This document shows, one piece after another, positions 30,879-42,334 of a stretch of DNA of 64,000 bases (positions are counted from its first letter, which is position 1; the number at the start of each line of letters is the position of its first letter). The position numbers and the translations under genes are program-made. The notes below the pieces were generated by a model. It searched no databases. It was not told where the DNA came from and worked only from the letters and a program-made list of their open reading frames with translations. Source of the stretch: Nitrosopumilus sp. (GTDB lineage: Archaea; Thermoproteota; Nitrososphaeria; Nitrososphaerales; Nitrosopumilaceae); NCBI GenBank assembly GCA_965238275.1, contig OZ250186.1, forward strand, positions 1,344,001 through 1,408,000, in the 5' to 3' direction.

Positions 30879-33800
30879 ATGGAATTCTCTGAAAGGTTCG
30901 ATGCAAAGGAGATCGAGTCACAGGTAAAGAAATACATCAAATCCGTGGACCTGCAGAAACTAATCTCCGCATCCGGCCGGTCCGAGAAGGTCCGGTTTAT
31001 CGAGGGGCCCCCGACGATGAACGGAATCCCCCATGCCGGGCACCTGAGGGGAAGGATAATCAAGGATCTCTGGTACCGGTTCAACACGCTGCAGGGCAGG
31101 CATGTCATGTTTGATGGCGGATGGGACACCCAGGGGCTTCCGGTGGAGCTGCAGGCCGAAAAGGAGCTGGGGGTGACAGGCGGAAAGACCGAGGCCATCA
31201 AAAAGTTTGGAATCGAGAGGATAGTCGCAGAGTGCAAGGGCGTGGTTGAAAAATACAACACCGCGTGGGTGGATGCGGACCGATCCCTTGGCATCTCCCT
31301 GGATCACGACAGGGCGTACTGGACGTTTCGGGACGAGTTTATTGAACGGGAGTGGCAGGTTCTAAAAAAGGCCCTTGAGGCCAGGATACTTGACGAGGAT
31401 TACACGGTAATTGCATACTGCCCAAGCTGCCAGACGTCGCTGAGCCACGCAGAAGTCAACCAGGGGTACGAGGAGGTCCGGGATCCGTCCCTGTACTACA
31501 AGGTCAGGCTTGCAGACGAGGAGGATGCGTTTCTGATAGTGTGGACGACCATGCCGTTTACGCTGGTCACCGATGCCATGGTGGGACTGCACCCGGACGA
31601 GGAGTACGTACACGTCCAAGTTGGAAAAGAGACGTGGATAGTGGGAAAGACCCGGCTGGAGGGGTTCATGGCCGAGGCCGGCGTGGAACAGTACACCCCA
31701 GGCAAAACCGTCCTGGGCTCTGCCCTTGAGGGAAGAAGGTACGTGCATCCCCTCCTTGACGTCATTCCGGATCTTGCAGCGTGCGCCGAGGAGGCCGAAA
31801 ACTTTCATGTTACGGTATCTGAGCCGTTTGTCGATGCCAGCACCGGCAGCGGACTGGTGCACCTTTCGCCTGCAAACGGCGAGGAGGACATAAAGATTGC
31901 AAACAGGCGGGGCGTCAAGGTGTTCAGCCCCATCGATGACGAGGTAAGATTCACGTCCGGGGGAGGCAAGTATTCCGGGATGTTTGTCAGGGATGCAGAC
32001 GACGTGATAGTTCGGGATCTCAAGGAACGCGGCGCCCTGGTTAAGGTCGGCCGCATAAAACACAAGTATCCGCTCTGCTGGAGGTCGCACCACCCGGTCG
32101 TGTGGCTTGCCAGGCGGGGGTGGTTCTACAAGCTGGACAGGCTGGATGACATGGCAGTGGATGCCGCGCAGGCAGTGGAGTATTTCTTTGAGCAGCCAAG
32201 GAACCGGTTCCTTGGAATAATCAAGGAGAGGCACCCGTGGTGCATCTCAAGGGAGAGGGTGTGGGGCTGCCCGATGCCGGTATGGGACTGCATGGACTGC
32301 GGCAAGAAGAACTGGCTCTTTACGCGCCAGGAGATAGTCGATGCGGCAGCAGACCTTCCAGACGGCCCTGACTTTGAACTGCACAGGCCGTGGATTGACC
32401 GCATCACGACAAGGTGCTCAGGCTGCGGCGGCACCAACACCAAAAGGGAGGAGTTTGTCCTGGACACGTGGCACAACAGCGGTGCCGCGCCGTACTCGTC
32501 GCTTACCGATCAGGAGTACTCTGAGGAGATTCCGGGGCCGTTCTTCACCGAGGGAATCGACCAGACCCGGGGATGGGCCTACACGCTGCTGATTGAAAAC
32601 GTAATACTCCAGCGCGGGCCGGTCGCGCCATACAAGTCGTTTCTGTTCCAGGGGCACGTGCTGGACAAGAACGGCGGAAAGATGAGCAAGAGCAAGGGCA
32701 ACGTGCTGGACGGCGCGGAGCTGCTGGAAAGATACCCCGCTGATCTGATCCGGCTCTACTTTATGTGGAAGGCAAGCCCGATAGAGCCGCTCAGCTTTGA
32801 CACAGACGAGATGGTCTCGCGGCCGTACCAGATTATCAGCACCCTGTTCAACCTGCACCTCTACTTTCGGCAGAACAGCAGGTATGACGGCTTTGGGGAG
32901 TCAAACGACCTGTCCTGGGCGCAGCAAAACGGCCTGCTGCTGCCGCCTGACACCTGGCTGCTCTCCAAGCTCCAGAAACTGATTCTGACTGTCACTGCCA
33001 AAAACGAGTCCTGCAGGTTCCATGAGGGCGCAAGGGCCATTGACGACTACATCATCAACACGCTGAGCCAGACGTACATCCCCATGACGCGCAGGGAGCT
33101 GTGGGACGAGGATGATGCAAAAAAGGATAGGCGAATGGCAGTGTATGCCGTGCTGGGCAGGGTGCTTGAGACACTCGATGTCCTGATTCACCCGTTGTGT
33201 CCCTTTACCAGCGAGTACCTGTACCAGACAGTGTTTGGGGCAGGGCCCAGTTTATTGCTTGAGTCGTGGCCGTCATACGACCCGTCCTTGGTAGATGATT
33301 CCCTGGAGGAGTCCTTTGACGCGGTACGAAGCGCGGTGTCAGTAGCTGCTGCTGCCCGCATGAAGGGAAAACTCAAGAGGAGGTGGCCGCTGGACGAGGC
33401 CAGGATCTGTGTCAGGCCGGGCCAGAAGAAGAGACTGGAGCCGCTTTTGGATCTGTTGCAGTCGCAGCTGAACGTCGAGAGGCTCAGCATTGCAGAGGTG
33501 CAGGCAGAATCGGGACCGGGACAGGTACTCGAGATGCGCCGGTTGGGAATGCCCGTAAAGGCGGCGGTGGATCTGGACCGGAAGAAGGTGGGGCCAAAAG
33601 CACGGCAGCACATGCCGGAACTTGTTGCAAGGTTTGCACAGACCGACCCCTGGGAGATAGTCGAGTCCCTGCAGGATGCCTCGGGATACGACTTTGAGGT
33701 TGACGGCAGCACCATATCCCTTGACGCTGCAGACTTTGCCGTCGTCCCTGATGCAGACGCAGGCTATGCCATGTCGGCAAGGGACGGCTATGCGGTGTTT

Positions 33801-34082
33801 GTCTCGGTTGCGCGAAACCGCGACATGATGGCAAGGGGGCTGGTCAAGGACGTTGCGCGGCGGCTGCAGACTCTGAGAAAGGAGAGGGGGCACAACCCCA
33901 CCGATCTCCTGGACGTTGCATGCATACTGGGCCTGGATTCGGAGTCCTTGGAGATGCTCAAGGAGAGATCAAAAGAGCTGGCATTTTTGGTCCGGGTCAG
34001 GCGCGTCTGCTTTGATGACTCCTGCAGCGAGTACAAGGAAGTCGACATTGACGGCCAGACCATCAGAATCTCGGTGGAGTAA
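30879..34082 (+). CDS. ileS: Isoleucine--tRNA ligase
   Basis: EGPP..NG.PHAGH, WDTQGLP, WTTMP, EGIDQTRGW and KMSKS motifs. Confidence 0.97.
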   Translation: MEFSERFDAKEIESQVKKYIKSVDLQKLISASGRSEKVRFIEGPPTMNGIPHAGHLRGRIIKDLWYRFNTLQGRHVMFDGGWDTQGLPVELQAEKELGVTGGKTEAIKKFGIERIVAECKGVVEKYNTAWVDADRSLGISLDHDRAYWTFRDEFIEREWQVLKKALEARILDEDYTVIAYCPSCQTSLSHAEVNQGYEEVRDPSLYYKVRLADEEDAFLIVWTTMPFTLVTDAMVGLHPDEEYVHVQVGKETWIVGKTRLEGFMAEAGVEQYTPGKTVLGSALEGRRYVHPLLDVIPDLAACAEEAENFHVTVSEPFVDASTGSGLVHLSPANGEEDIKIANRRGVKVFSPIDDEVRFTSGGGKYSGMFVRDADDVIVRDLKERGALVKVGRIKHKYPLCWRSHHPVVWLARRGWFYKLDRLDDMAVDAAQAVEYFFEQPRNRFLGIIKERHPWCISRERVWGCPMPVWDCMDCGKKNWLFTRQEIVDAAADLPDGPDFELHRPWIDRITTRCSGCGGTNTKREEFVLDTWHNSGAAPYSSLTDQEYSEEIPGPFFTEGIDQTRGWAYTLLIENVILQRGPVAPYKSFLFQGHVLDKNGGKMSKSKGNVLDGAELLERYPADLIRLYFMWKASPIEPLSFDTDEMVSRPYQIISTLFNLHLYFRQNSRYDGFGESNDLSWAQQNGLLLPPDTWLLSKLQKLILTVTAKNESCRFHEGARAIDDYIINTLSQTYIPMTRRELWDEDDAKKDRRMAVYAVLGRVLETLDVLIHPLCPFTSEYLYQTVFGAGPSLLLESWPSYDPSLVDDSLEESFDAVRSAVSVAAAARMKGKLKRRWPLDEARICVRPGQKKRLEPLLDLLQSQLNVERLSIAEVQAESGPGQVLEMRRLGMPVKAAVDLDRKKVGPKARQHMPELVARFAQTDPWEIVESLQDASGYDFEVDGSTISLDAADFAVVPDADAGYAMSARDGYAVFVSVARNRDMMARGLVKDVARRLQTLRKERGHNPTDLLDVACILGLDSESLEMLKERSKELAFLVRVRRVCFDDSCSEYKEVDIDGQTIRISVE

Positions 34083-34449
34083 GCGGCGGCGGCAACAACA
34101 GCAGCAGCAGGAAACTGCGCATCGCTGCAGACGGCACACGCCGGTCTGCCTGACTGGCATGCAGGCGGCCACGCGTGAGTCTCATTGAAAAGGATCCAAT
34201 CTGAAGATCCCTGGCTGTCTTCGGGACGGTTTGTCATGGCATCCTCTCTCATGTTAACTTCTGACTCGATTTACATCTTCGAAGAAAGGCTCCCGACACA
34301 TGTAATCCATGCGTCCGTTGTTGCCGGCGTCGTTGGGTGCGGATTTTTTTTATAACCGGCAGGGCATCATTAAGATATCTGGCATTCTGGCCGGTTGTTC
34401 TTTTTCCATCACTGGTCATATTGGCAAACCGGTCATGACGCCTGCTTGG

Positions 34450-34625
34450 CTGGCCGGCGGGGCGTTGCCGGTGAATGGTTCCAGTCTTGAGATACCCTGC
34501 CCAGTCTCTGGATGTGCCGCAGCCGCGTCACGCGTACCTCCATTGCCACGGTATCGTATCCGTGTCCTTTTTTAGCTGCCCAATGACGCAACGTATGGAC
34601 TTGTCGTCAGTCCGTTTTGGCCTCG
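34450..34625 (-). pseudogene. IS481 transposase N-terminal relic
   Basis: Frame-broken translation ..KSIRCVIGQLKK/GHGYDTVAMEVRVT..RHIQRL resembles KSIRYAMAQLGKGRGTTEVATEIGVTPRHVRRL of 26744..27703. Confidence 0.6.
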
Positions 34626-34938
34626 CCGTCTCCTTTGTTCCATGCAGCTTGAAGCAGCATTGGTAAGTGTTCACGTGGTTTGAGAAAATTGCTTAATTCA
34701 GACACGAATTTGGTGTGCTTTGGTAACATTCCTTGTTTTTCTAGGCACGACGTGAACACATACCAGCATTGCATGGTGCGCATGAGTGTTTTCAGGCGGA
34801 ATGATTTTTGTACGATATATAAGTATATATTAAACAATGCATTTATTAGATGATCATATTCCTGAAGATTCTGTAAATGAATTTATTAAGTAAATTTGTG
34901 TTTAGTTACCTAAGTGACGTAGAGGTGTCATGTTATAA

Positions 34939-37900
34939 ATGAACCACATTCTGCCTGCCATGCTCTGCCTTGGGATGCTCCTTGTGGGGGTTGGGTCTGC
35001 CCACGCGCAGGTGTCGGCAAACGTAACCTCCGACACTGCCAATGGCACCTATACGGAGGGTTCCATTGATGTCCGGATGATATTTTCAGAGAACCTAACC
35101 TTTGAAGAGTTCAATATCGTTGATGGCGAACATGGTTTTGAAGAACTTGAACAGGCATATTCCATCACGACGACCCAAATTGGAGACAAACATTACGCCC
35201 TGGTCGCAGCTTACGGCGACAGCGGCGTCCAGATAATAGATATAACCAACCCTGCAAGCCCCGTGGCAACTGCCAACATAACTGACGGCTCAGACGGCTT
35301 CGACGTACTTAACGGAGCATATTCTGTCACGACGACCCGGCCTACATATTCACCGGATCTCAACCCAGTCGAGATGGTCTGGAAAGAACTCAAAATAGCC
35401 AACGGCCTGTACCGGCGTGTGGAGGACATGACGGGAGCCATGGACGAGATGATTCAGTCAGGAAGCAATCATTACGCCCTAGTCGCAGCTAACGGCGACA
35501 GCGGCGTCCAGATAATCGACATAAGGCAGGCGCCCAACCCTGCCATGGCTTTTGGGGAGCCCCGTGGCAACTGCCAACATAACTGACGACTCAGACGGCC
35601 TCAAGCCGATTCCGCAGGTCCAGCAACGGCGTGGACTTAATGACTCCGGTCTATGCGGCTTCACGGGAGGAGTCATCCATCACGACAATTCAGATTGCCC
35701 GGATGTCATTGGCAGATATTCCCTCCATCCCCCCTACGCCGGTGTTTTTCTCCGGTCGCAGCTGGGAGTGATATGATACCCGGTGAAACGACGACGGCTG
35801 TCCATTCCGGATAATCGGGACACTTAACGGAATTCTGTCCGACGACCCTGCATTAGCCCCAGCTGGCAAGCGGCGTCCTGCCAACATAACTGCCAACATA
35901 ACTGAACTCACGGCTTCGGCGTACTTAACTACGGCTTTGGAAGCAGGCGTCGCAGCTTACGACGACGGCGTCCAGCGACATAACCAACCCTGCAAGCCCC
36001 GTTCCATAACTCACAGACGGCTTTGGCGTGCTTACGCACATTCCATCACAACACCCAAATTGGAAACAGCCATTACGCCCTAGTCGCATCCTACTGGAAC
36101 GACGACGGCGTCCAGATAATCGACATAACCAACCCTGCAAGCCCCGTGGCAACTGCCAACATAACTGACGGTTCAGGCGGTTTTGATACCCTTTTTGAAT
36201 CACGTTCTGTCACGACGACCCAAATTGGAAACAGCCATTATGGTTGCATCTAGCGGCGACCACGGCGTCCAGATAATAGACATAACCAACCCTGCAAGCC
36301 CCGTGGCAACTGCCAGCATAACTGACGACTCGGGAGGCTTTGGCGAACTTAACGGAGCATATTCTGTCACGACGACCCAAATTGGAAACAGCCATTACGC
36401 CCTGGTTGCATCTAACGGCGACCACGGCGTCCAGATAATAGACATAACCAACCCTGCAAGCCCCGTGGCAACTGCCAACATAACTGACGGTTCAGGCGGT
36501 TTTGATACCCTTTCTGGTCCACGTTCTGTCACGACGACCCAAATTGGAAGCAGCCATTACGCCCTGGTCGCATCTAGCGGCGACCACGGTGTCCAGGTAA
36601 TCGACATCACAAATCCCGCCTACCCAATAAACCCGCTTTTGCCATTCATTGCACTGGACACCACTCCGCCTGCACGTGCAGTATACAAGGAATTGGCAAG
36701 CGATACCCTGATCTTTGAGTATGATGTGAGGAAATACGACTATTCTCCTCGCCTTGCGTATACTGGAACGGACGCATTTCATGTCAATTCTTACACATTG
36801 ACGGATGGCAATGGTACATCCATCCCAACAGCGCTGCCCCAACCAGGGAGTATCGGTTCGCTTAGCTACAACAAGGCTATCCAAATCGGTCTGACTCCGC
36901 CTAACCACATCAACCCTGTTATTCACAACACTGGTGCAGTAACAGTAAGTCAGGGTGCGACATTCGTCTCGTCGGTCACGTGTACTGATGACGTTGACAA
37001 CCCCAAGAATATACTCCCGGATGCTGCAGTAGATACAAGCGAATTGGGCACGCAGACTGTGGCCTACACCTGTGCTGACAGTTCCGGCAACACCGTGACT
37101 GCAACTCAGAGTGTCAGAGTCACGCATGACCGCACGCTGCCCACCATTGTCATCCCCAGCGACAACCCTCTGACAATAACCGAGGGTGACCCGTACTCCG
37201 ATCCTGTGGCCACGTGTACTGATGACGTTGATGCACTTCTGCCTCCCCAACTCTCACCACTTCTGGCACGGTAAATTCAACCACCCCAAGCACGTATACT
37301 GTAACCTACACCTGTACTGACCGTTCCAACACCGCGACTGCCATCTTGAAAGTGATTGTCAAGATAGACGTCGCACCGTATGTAGATTCCATTGAGACAA
37401 GAGAACCTGACACCATAATCGTGACCATGTCTGAGAATGTGCAGAGCGTGACCACTACTACCGGATTTACCATATCTGGTATCGTGTCCGACTCTTCCAT
37501 CTTCATCAGTAGCGTTACATCCCTTTATGATATAATCACGTTGAGCTTGTCTGGTGGCATGCTTGATTCTGACTCTCCCCGGCTAGCCTACAACGACACC
37601 ACCGGCTCCATAACGGATCTCAGAGGCAAGTCTCTTGCAAGATTTGACGAGGCAGTGAAAAACACCCTTGACACCACGGCCCCGACGGTGCGCTCTGTCA
37701 CGATAGACAACTCCGGCACCGTCTACGTCAGGCTGTCCGAGGTCGTCTTTGAGGATCCAGTAAACGGACCAGGTGTCTTTACCACCAGCAACTCGTCAAT
37801 TACAGTGTCACCAGCTGTCGTATCCGGATCCACCATCACGATGACACTCGACCCGATACCAGACGACGAGGCCCTGACACTCATCTATACCAGAGGTGCG

Positions 37901-38866
37901 GGAACTATTGCAGACGCAAAGGGCAACTTTCTGGCCAGCTTTGATGACGAGCCAATAAACAAAAAGTCGCGCAAGCGCTCCTCCTCCTCCACATCCGCGC
38001 CGGCAGTGGATCTTGCCTCCCTGCAGTCGTTGGGCTACATGGATTCCTCCAACATTACTAATCCGCATGATCCGCTTGCACCCATAACCCCCATGAATGC
38101 AGATGACTCGTCCAACTTTGCAATCGCCATAAACGACAGTCACTACCTACTGGGTGGCAGCCTGAACACGCTGGAGCCCCAGACCCTCCTGACCGGAGTC
38201 CCCAACACCATCAGCTTTGCCGTGTATGACCACGCAGAAATAGCACACTTTACCCTATACATGAACCTGCACGGACAGAACACCGAATACCGAGACAGCG
38301 ACACCTACGTCACGTATGACATGGGCAACATCCGGATAGTCGACCCGCACGATCTCATCGCAGACGCCACAGTCTCCATCAAGACCAGCGAGGCAGATTC
38401 GGTAAGACACATAGTCGTATTCAGTATCACGTTTGAAGACGAGATGGAACAGACCAATCTTGTAGTCAGGACGTGGAACACCAATGCGTCCTTTACAATG
38501 GTACGAATCCTGAATGCATTCGAGGTGGTAACGCCTGTATCTGAGGCGGTAACGGAACCAGAGTCCGCAGTGGATCCCGAACCCGTAACCGTGCCCGGCG
38601 TGGATCCAAAATCCGTTGAGGATTCCGTGATTGGGCTTGGCAGTACCACAGCAGACAAAAACACGCCTGAAACGATAATCCGCATGTGGTCCGGGTTTGC
38701 ACCAGAGTCTGCAACCGACAGGGAACTCCTTGCTGTGCTTGACCTGGAACCAGATGGAAACCTTCCTGACTGGACGATGACGCATCTGGGAACCCTGTTC
38801 TCCAAGGACCAGATTAGCCTAGACGAGTTTGTCACTGCCATCTCATACGTGCTTGAAAACTCCTGA
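34939..38866 (+). pseudogene. Large surface protein with LVIVD-like beta-propeller repeats, Ig-like (DUF5011/HYR-like) domains and a C-terminal anchor-like domain; fragmented
   Basis: Signal peptide; repeats HYALVA....GVQIIDITNPASP; scrambled segment 35340-36050; frameshifts near 36240 and 37240 link ORFs 34939, 36023, 36183 and 37346. Confidence 0.8.
35110..36625 (+). repeat. ~162-bp coding tandem repeats (LVIVD-like), partly degenerate
   Basis: Recurrent GGCGTCCAGATAAT.GACATAACCAACCCTGCAAGCCCCGTGGCAACTGCCAACATAACTGAC. Confidence 0.9.
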
Positions 38867-39042
38867 CGGCACGCCTGTTCTGGATAACAGCACACAGGGC
38901 AAAAAACCACACCGGTTTTCTCATTCCCTGGCGCAATACCTGAATGTGGAATTGAACCCATTATGACCATGCTGCGCGGCAATCCGCCACGGCAGGGAAT
39001 TATTCCCCGACATATTTTTATTAGAATCGCAAACTGGAAAAA

Positions 39043-39633
39043 ATGATGGCCGGTAAAAAGACGCCAAACGTGGTCGGAATCAACATTCTCAAACAAAACG
39101 GCCTTGACGTGGATGAACTCAAGAGGGTCCTGATCCACAACGCCTCAGTCGAGTTTACCGCGTACTATTACTTTACCAACCTGAGGGCGCACTGCACCGG
39201 CATGGACGGGGAGGGCCTCAAGGGAATCATCGAGGATGCAAGGCTTGAGGATCTCAGCCACTTTGAGTCGTGCCTTGAGAGGATCTACCAGCTCGGAGGC
39301 TCCCTTCCAAACGATGCTGCCGGGTTCATCAAGATGTCCGGCTGCGAGTTCCTGCAGCTTCCAAAGAACCCGACTGACCACAAGGCGATACTGGAAAAGT
39401 GCCTCAAGGCAGAACAGGGGGCGATCGTCAACTGGGACAAGGTCTGCAAGATGACGATGGGAAAGGATCCTGCAACGTACGACATCGCCAAGGACATCCT
39501 GGCAGAAGAGATCGAGCACGAGTCGTGGTTCCTGGAACTGCTGTATGGCAGGCCTTCGGGGCACATGAGAAGGAGATACTCCGGCGAGAGGCCGCACACC
39601 AAGAGGCACTCCCGGGCGCTTGACATGGCCTGA
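39043..39633 (+). CDS. dps: DPS-like ferritin-superfamily protein (archaeal DpsL type)
   Basis: EFTAYYY, EDARLED..HFE, AEQGAI and LAEEIEHESWF di-iron motifs. Confidence 0.9.
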   Translation: MMAGKKTPNVVGINILKQNGLDVDELKRVLIHNASVEFTAYYYFTNLRAHCTGMDGEGLKGIIEDARLEDLSHFESCLERIYQLGGSLPNDAAGFIKMSGCEFLQLPKNPTDHKAILEKCLKAEQGAIVNWDKVCKMTMGKDPATYDIAKDILAEEIEHESWFLELLYGRPSGHMRRRYSGERPHTKRHSRALDMA

Positions 39634-39702
39634 GAAAAGGGGTTCGCACCGCCTGCAGACGACCCACCTGCTGCTTAAATAGAAAAATTATGTATTGATG
39701 GC

Positions 39703-40041
39703 ATGACCGGACAGATCAGCCTTGATGCGTTTCACATCAGCCATCTCTCGGAGCTGCTGACGAAGGGATCCGAGATAGTCAAAAAGACCGGCATGCCAAT
39801 CATCCTGTACCGGCAGACGCTGGAGGAGGAAGACGACTCATACGAGGAGATAGTCTGCTCCCTTACGCCGCGCCACGTGATAGAGCAGGTGGTGGTGTCG
39901 GGGGGGATGATCGTCCCGACCTTTCGCCAGCAGAACGCCTATACATTTGGGGAATACTCCAAGATGCTTCAGCAAAAGAGCGCAGACAGGTTTCTGGAGG
40001 TCGTGGCCATCCTTGAGGAGCACCTTGCCCAGGTATCATAG
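39703..40041 (+). CDS. Hypothetical protein
   Basis: 112-aa ORF with an AT-rich TATA-like region upstream. Confidence 0.75.
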   Translation: MTGQISLDAFHISHLSELLTKGSEIVKKTGMPIILYRQTLEEEDDSYEEIVCSLTPRHVIEQVVVSGGMIVPTFRQQNAYTFGEYSKMLQQKSADRFLEVVAILEEHLAQVS

Positions 40042-40071
40042 TTAATAAATACCGGCCATTCAGTATTTTGC

Positions 40072-41178
40072 ATGCGCCTACTTGAGTTTCAGGCAAAGGA
40101 GCTTTTTCGCGAATACGGAATCAACCTGCTTGAGAGCAAGGCCTCGCATGACATAGCAGACGGCAGGGTGCACGCAAAAGAACTGGGGTACCCGTTTGTG
40201 ATAAAGATCCAGGTTCCGGTGGGCGGAAGGGGCAAGGCCGGGGGAATACAAAGATGCCACAACCCCGACGAGTTTGAGCTGCGGTACCCGCAGGTAATGG
40301 GCCTGACCATCAAGGGGGAGAAGGCAAGGGCCGTACTGCTTGAGAAGATGGCCGACATCAAAAAGGAGCTGTACCTTTCGCTGTTTCTGAACCGTTCCAA
40401 GAGGTGTTATACCGTCATTGCCTCTGCAGACGGCGGCGTCGAGATAGAGTCGGTAAAAAACCAGATAATCGTGGAGGTGGGACTCGGCGAGGTGTCCGGC
40501 GGGGTCGCAGCAGACATTGCGCGGCGAATGGGACTCGAGGGATCCATCGCAGACGGATTCGTGGACACCCTGATGAAACTATCCCGGCTTGCAGTGGACA
40601 AGGAGGCAGAGCTTGCAGAGATAAACCCGCTTGCGATCATGAACGATGACACCGTGATGGCACTTGACGGCAAGTTTGTCACAGACGACAACGGCAACTT
40701 TAGGCACCCAGAGATGGAAAAGTACCAGGAAAAGTCCGAGATTGAGAGAATGGCAGAGAAGAGCGGATTCTCGCTGGTGGAGCTTGACGGGGACATCGCG
40801 GTGGTCGGAAACGGCGCGGGACTCGTAATGTCGACCCTTGACATGCTGTCTGATAACGGCGGCAGGCCGGCGTGCTTTTTGGACGTGGGCGGCAGCGCCA
40901 CCACAAAGTCCGTGTACGAGGCACTCACGCTGATAAGCAGGATCGACCGCGTCAAGGGGATCCTGGTGAACCTGTATGGAGGGATAGTAAAGACGACTGT
41001 GGTGGCCGAGGCGTTCCTGCAGGCATACGACAGCAACCTGATTGACGTGCCGGTATTCTCCAGGCTGAAGGGGACGGAATCTGACAAGGCGCGCGAGATG
41101 CTTGAGGGATCCAGGACCAGGATATTTGACTCGCTAGAGGATGCAATCAACTCTGCGGTAACGGAGGTAAACAGTTGA
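40072..41178 (+). CDS. sucC: Succinyl-CoA synthetase beta subunit
   Basis: MRLLEFQAK, GGRGKAGG, EINPL and GNGAGLVMST motifs. Confidence 0.96.
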   Translation: MRLLEFQAKELFREYGINLLESKASHDIADGRVHAKELGYPFVIKIQVPVGGRGKAGGIQRCHNPDEFELRYPQVMGLTIKGEKARAVLLEKMADIKKELYLSLFLNRSKRCYTVIASADGGVEIESVKNQIIVEVGLGEVSGGVAADIARRMGLEGSIADGFVDTLMKLSRLAVDKEAELAEINPLAIMNDDTVMALDGKFVTDDNGNFRHPEMEKYQEKSEIERMAEKSGFSLVELDGDIAVVGNGAGLVMSTLDMLSDNGGRPACFLDVGGSATTKSVYEALTLISRIDRVKGILVNLYGGIVKTTVVAEAFLQAYDSNLIDVPVFSRLKGTESDKAREMLEGSRTRIFDSLEDAINSAVTEVNS

Positions 41179-42092
41179 GCGACATATTTGAGATTCTCCG
41201 CGGCGTGCCAGGAGAGCCTGACTATGAACGAAAGGGCGTGATAGTGCAGGGCATTACAGGCGCGTACGGCTCGCTGCACACGAGAAACATGATTGCCTAC
41301 GGGACAAACGTTGTGGCAGGCGTGACTCCCGGAAAGGGGGGGCAGAAGTTTGATGGCACCATTCCAATATACAATACCGTGCAGGAGGCAGTGGCCGCTA
41401 CCGGCGCGGCAATATCGGCAGTGTTTGTTCCTGCCAAGTTCTTTTTGCCTGCCGCGCACGAGGCACTGGGTGCGGGAATCAAGCTGTTTGTCGCGATTCC
41501 CGAGCACGTGCCGGTCCGGGACACCATGACTGTCCTTGACATTGCAGAACAAAAGGGCGCGATAATCATCGGGCCCAACACGCCCGGAGTCATGATTCCG
41601 GAGGTGATTAAGATTGGAATCATGCCGCCCACCCCGTTCAAGATGGGCAGGATTGCCGTGCTCTCCAAGAGCGGCACCCTGCTGTACGAGATATCTGACG
41701 CCCTGACCAGCGCCGGGTTCGGCCAGTCCATCACGATTGGGATAGGCGGGGATCCTGTGAACGGCACCAGGCTTGTGGACGCATTCGAGATGGTAAAGGA
41801 TTCGCCGGACCTTGACGGGCTGGTGATAGTAGGCGAGATAGGGGGGGACTCCGAGGAGATCCTGGCCCAGAGGATAATGGATTGCGGGTTTGACAAGCCT
41901 GCCGTGGCATACATTGCAGGAAGGGCGGCGCCCAAGGAGAAGAGGATGGGCCATGCAGGCGCCATAGTGATGGGGACGTACGGCTCTGCCGAGTCCAAGA
42001 TATCCATGTTCAACAAGGCAAACATCCCGGTGGCCAAGAGGCCCGCAGAGGTGCCCGTGCTTCTTGCAGGAAAGATGGGCAAATCCGATTAG
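41175..42092 (+). CDS. sucD: Succinyl-CoA synthetase alpha subunit
   Basis: VQGITG, GVTPGKGG, SKSGTL and RMGHAGA motifs. Confidence 0.96.
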   Translation: MSDIFEILRGVPGEPDYERKGVIVQGITGAYGSLHTRNMIAYGTNVVAGVTPGKGGQKFDGTIPIYNTVQEAVAATGAAISAVFVPAKFFLPAAHEALGAGIKLFVAIPEHVPVRDTMTVLDIAEQKGAIIIGPNTPGVMIPEVIKIGIMPPTPFKMGRIAVLSKSGTLLYEISDALTSAGFGQSITIGIGGDPVNGTRLVDAFEMVKDSPDLDGLVIVGEIGGDSEEILAQRIMDCGFDKPAVAYIAGRAAPKEKRMGHAGAIVMGTYGSAESKISMFNKANIPVAKRPAEVPVLLAGKMGKSD

Positions 42093-42122
42093 AATAAAAG
42101 AGAGGAATCCGGGAAGAGTCTG

Positions 42123-42334
42123 ATGCCTGTTACTGATCCTGAAAAGAAGCGCATAGCGCAGAATGCCCGCCTTATCATGCAGATATGCTTCAACTGCGGG
42201 TGCAGAAACGACATCAAGGCCACGCGGTGCAGAAAGTGCAGGAACAATGATGATGGTAGCGGCACGGCTTCTGCGTGGTTCTCAGACGGCCGTACCTGCG
42301 GCTCAAGAACCGCAACATGGGCGCCAAAAAGTAG
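42123..42334 (+). CDS. rpl40e: Ribosomal protein L40e interrupted by a 44-nt insert
   Basis: CFNCGCRN...RCRKCRN, then the insert at 42246-42289, then PYLRLKNRNMGAKK* in another frame; removal gives a 55-aa L40e. Confidence 0.85.

Noticed and set aside
35110-36625. Possible diversity-generating retroelement or CRISPR in the repeat region
   Set aside because: No reverse transcriptase in the window, differences are not adenine-specific, and the repeats are protein-coding
40407-41954. 515-aa minus-strand ORF
   Set aside because: Antisense shadow of sucC/sucD
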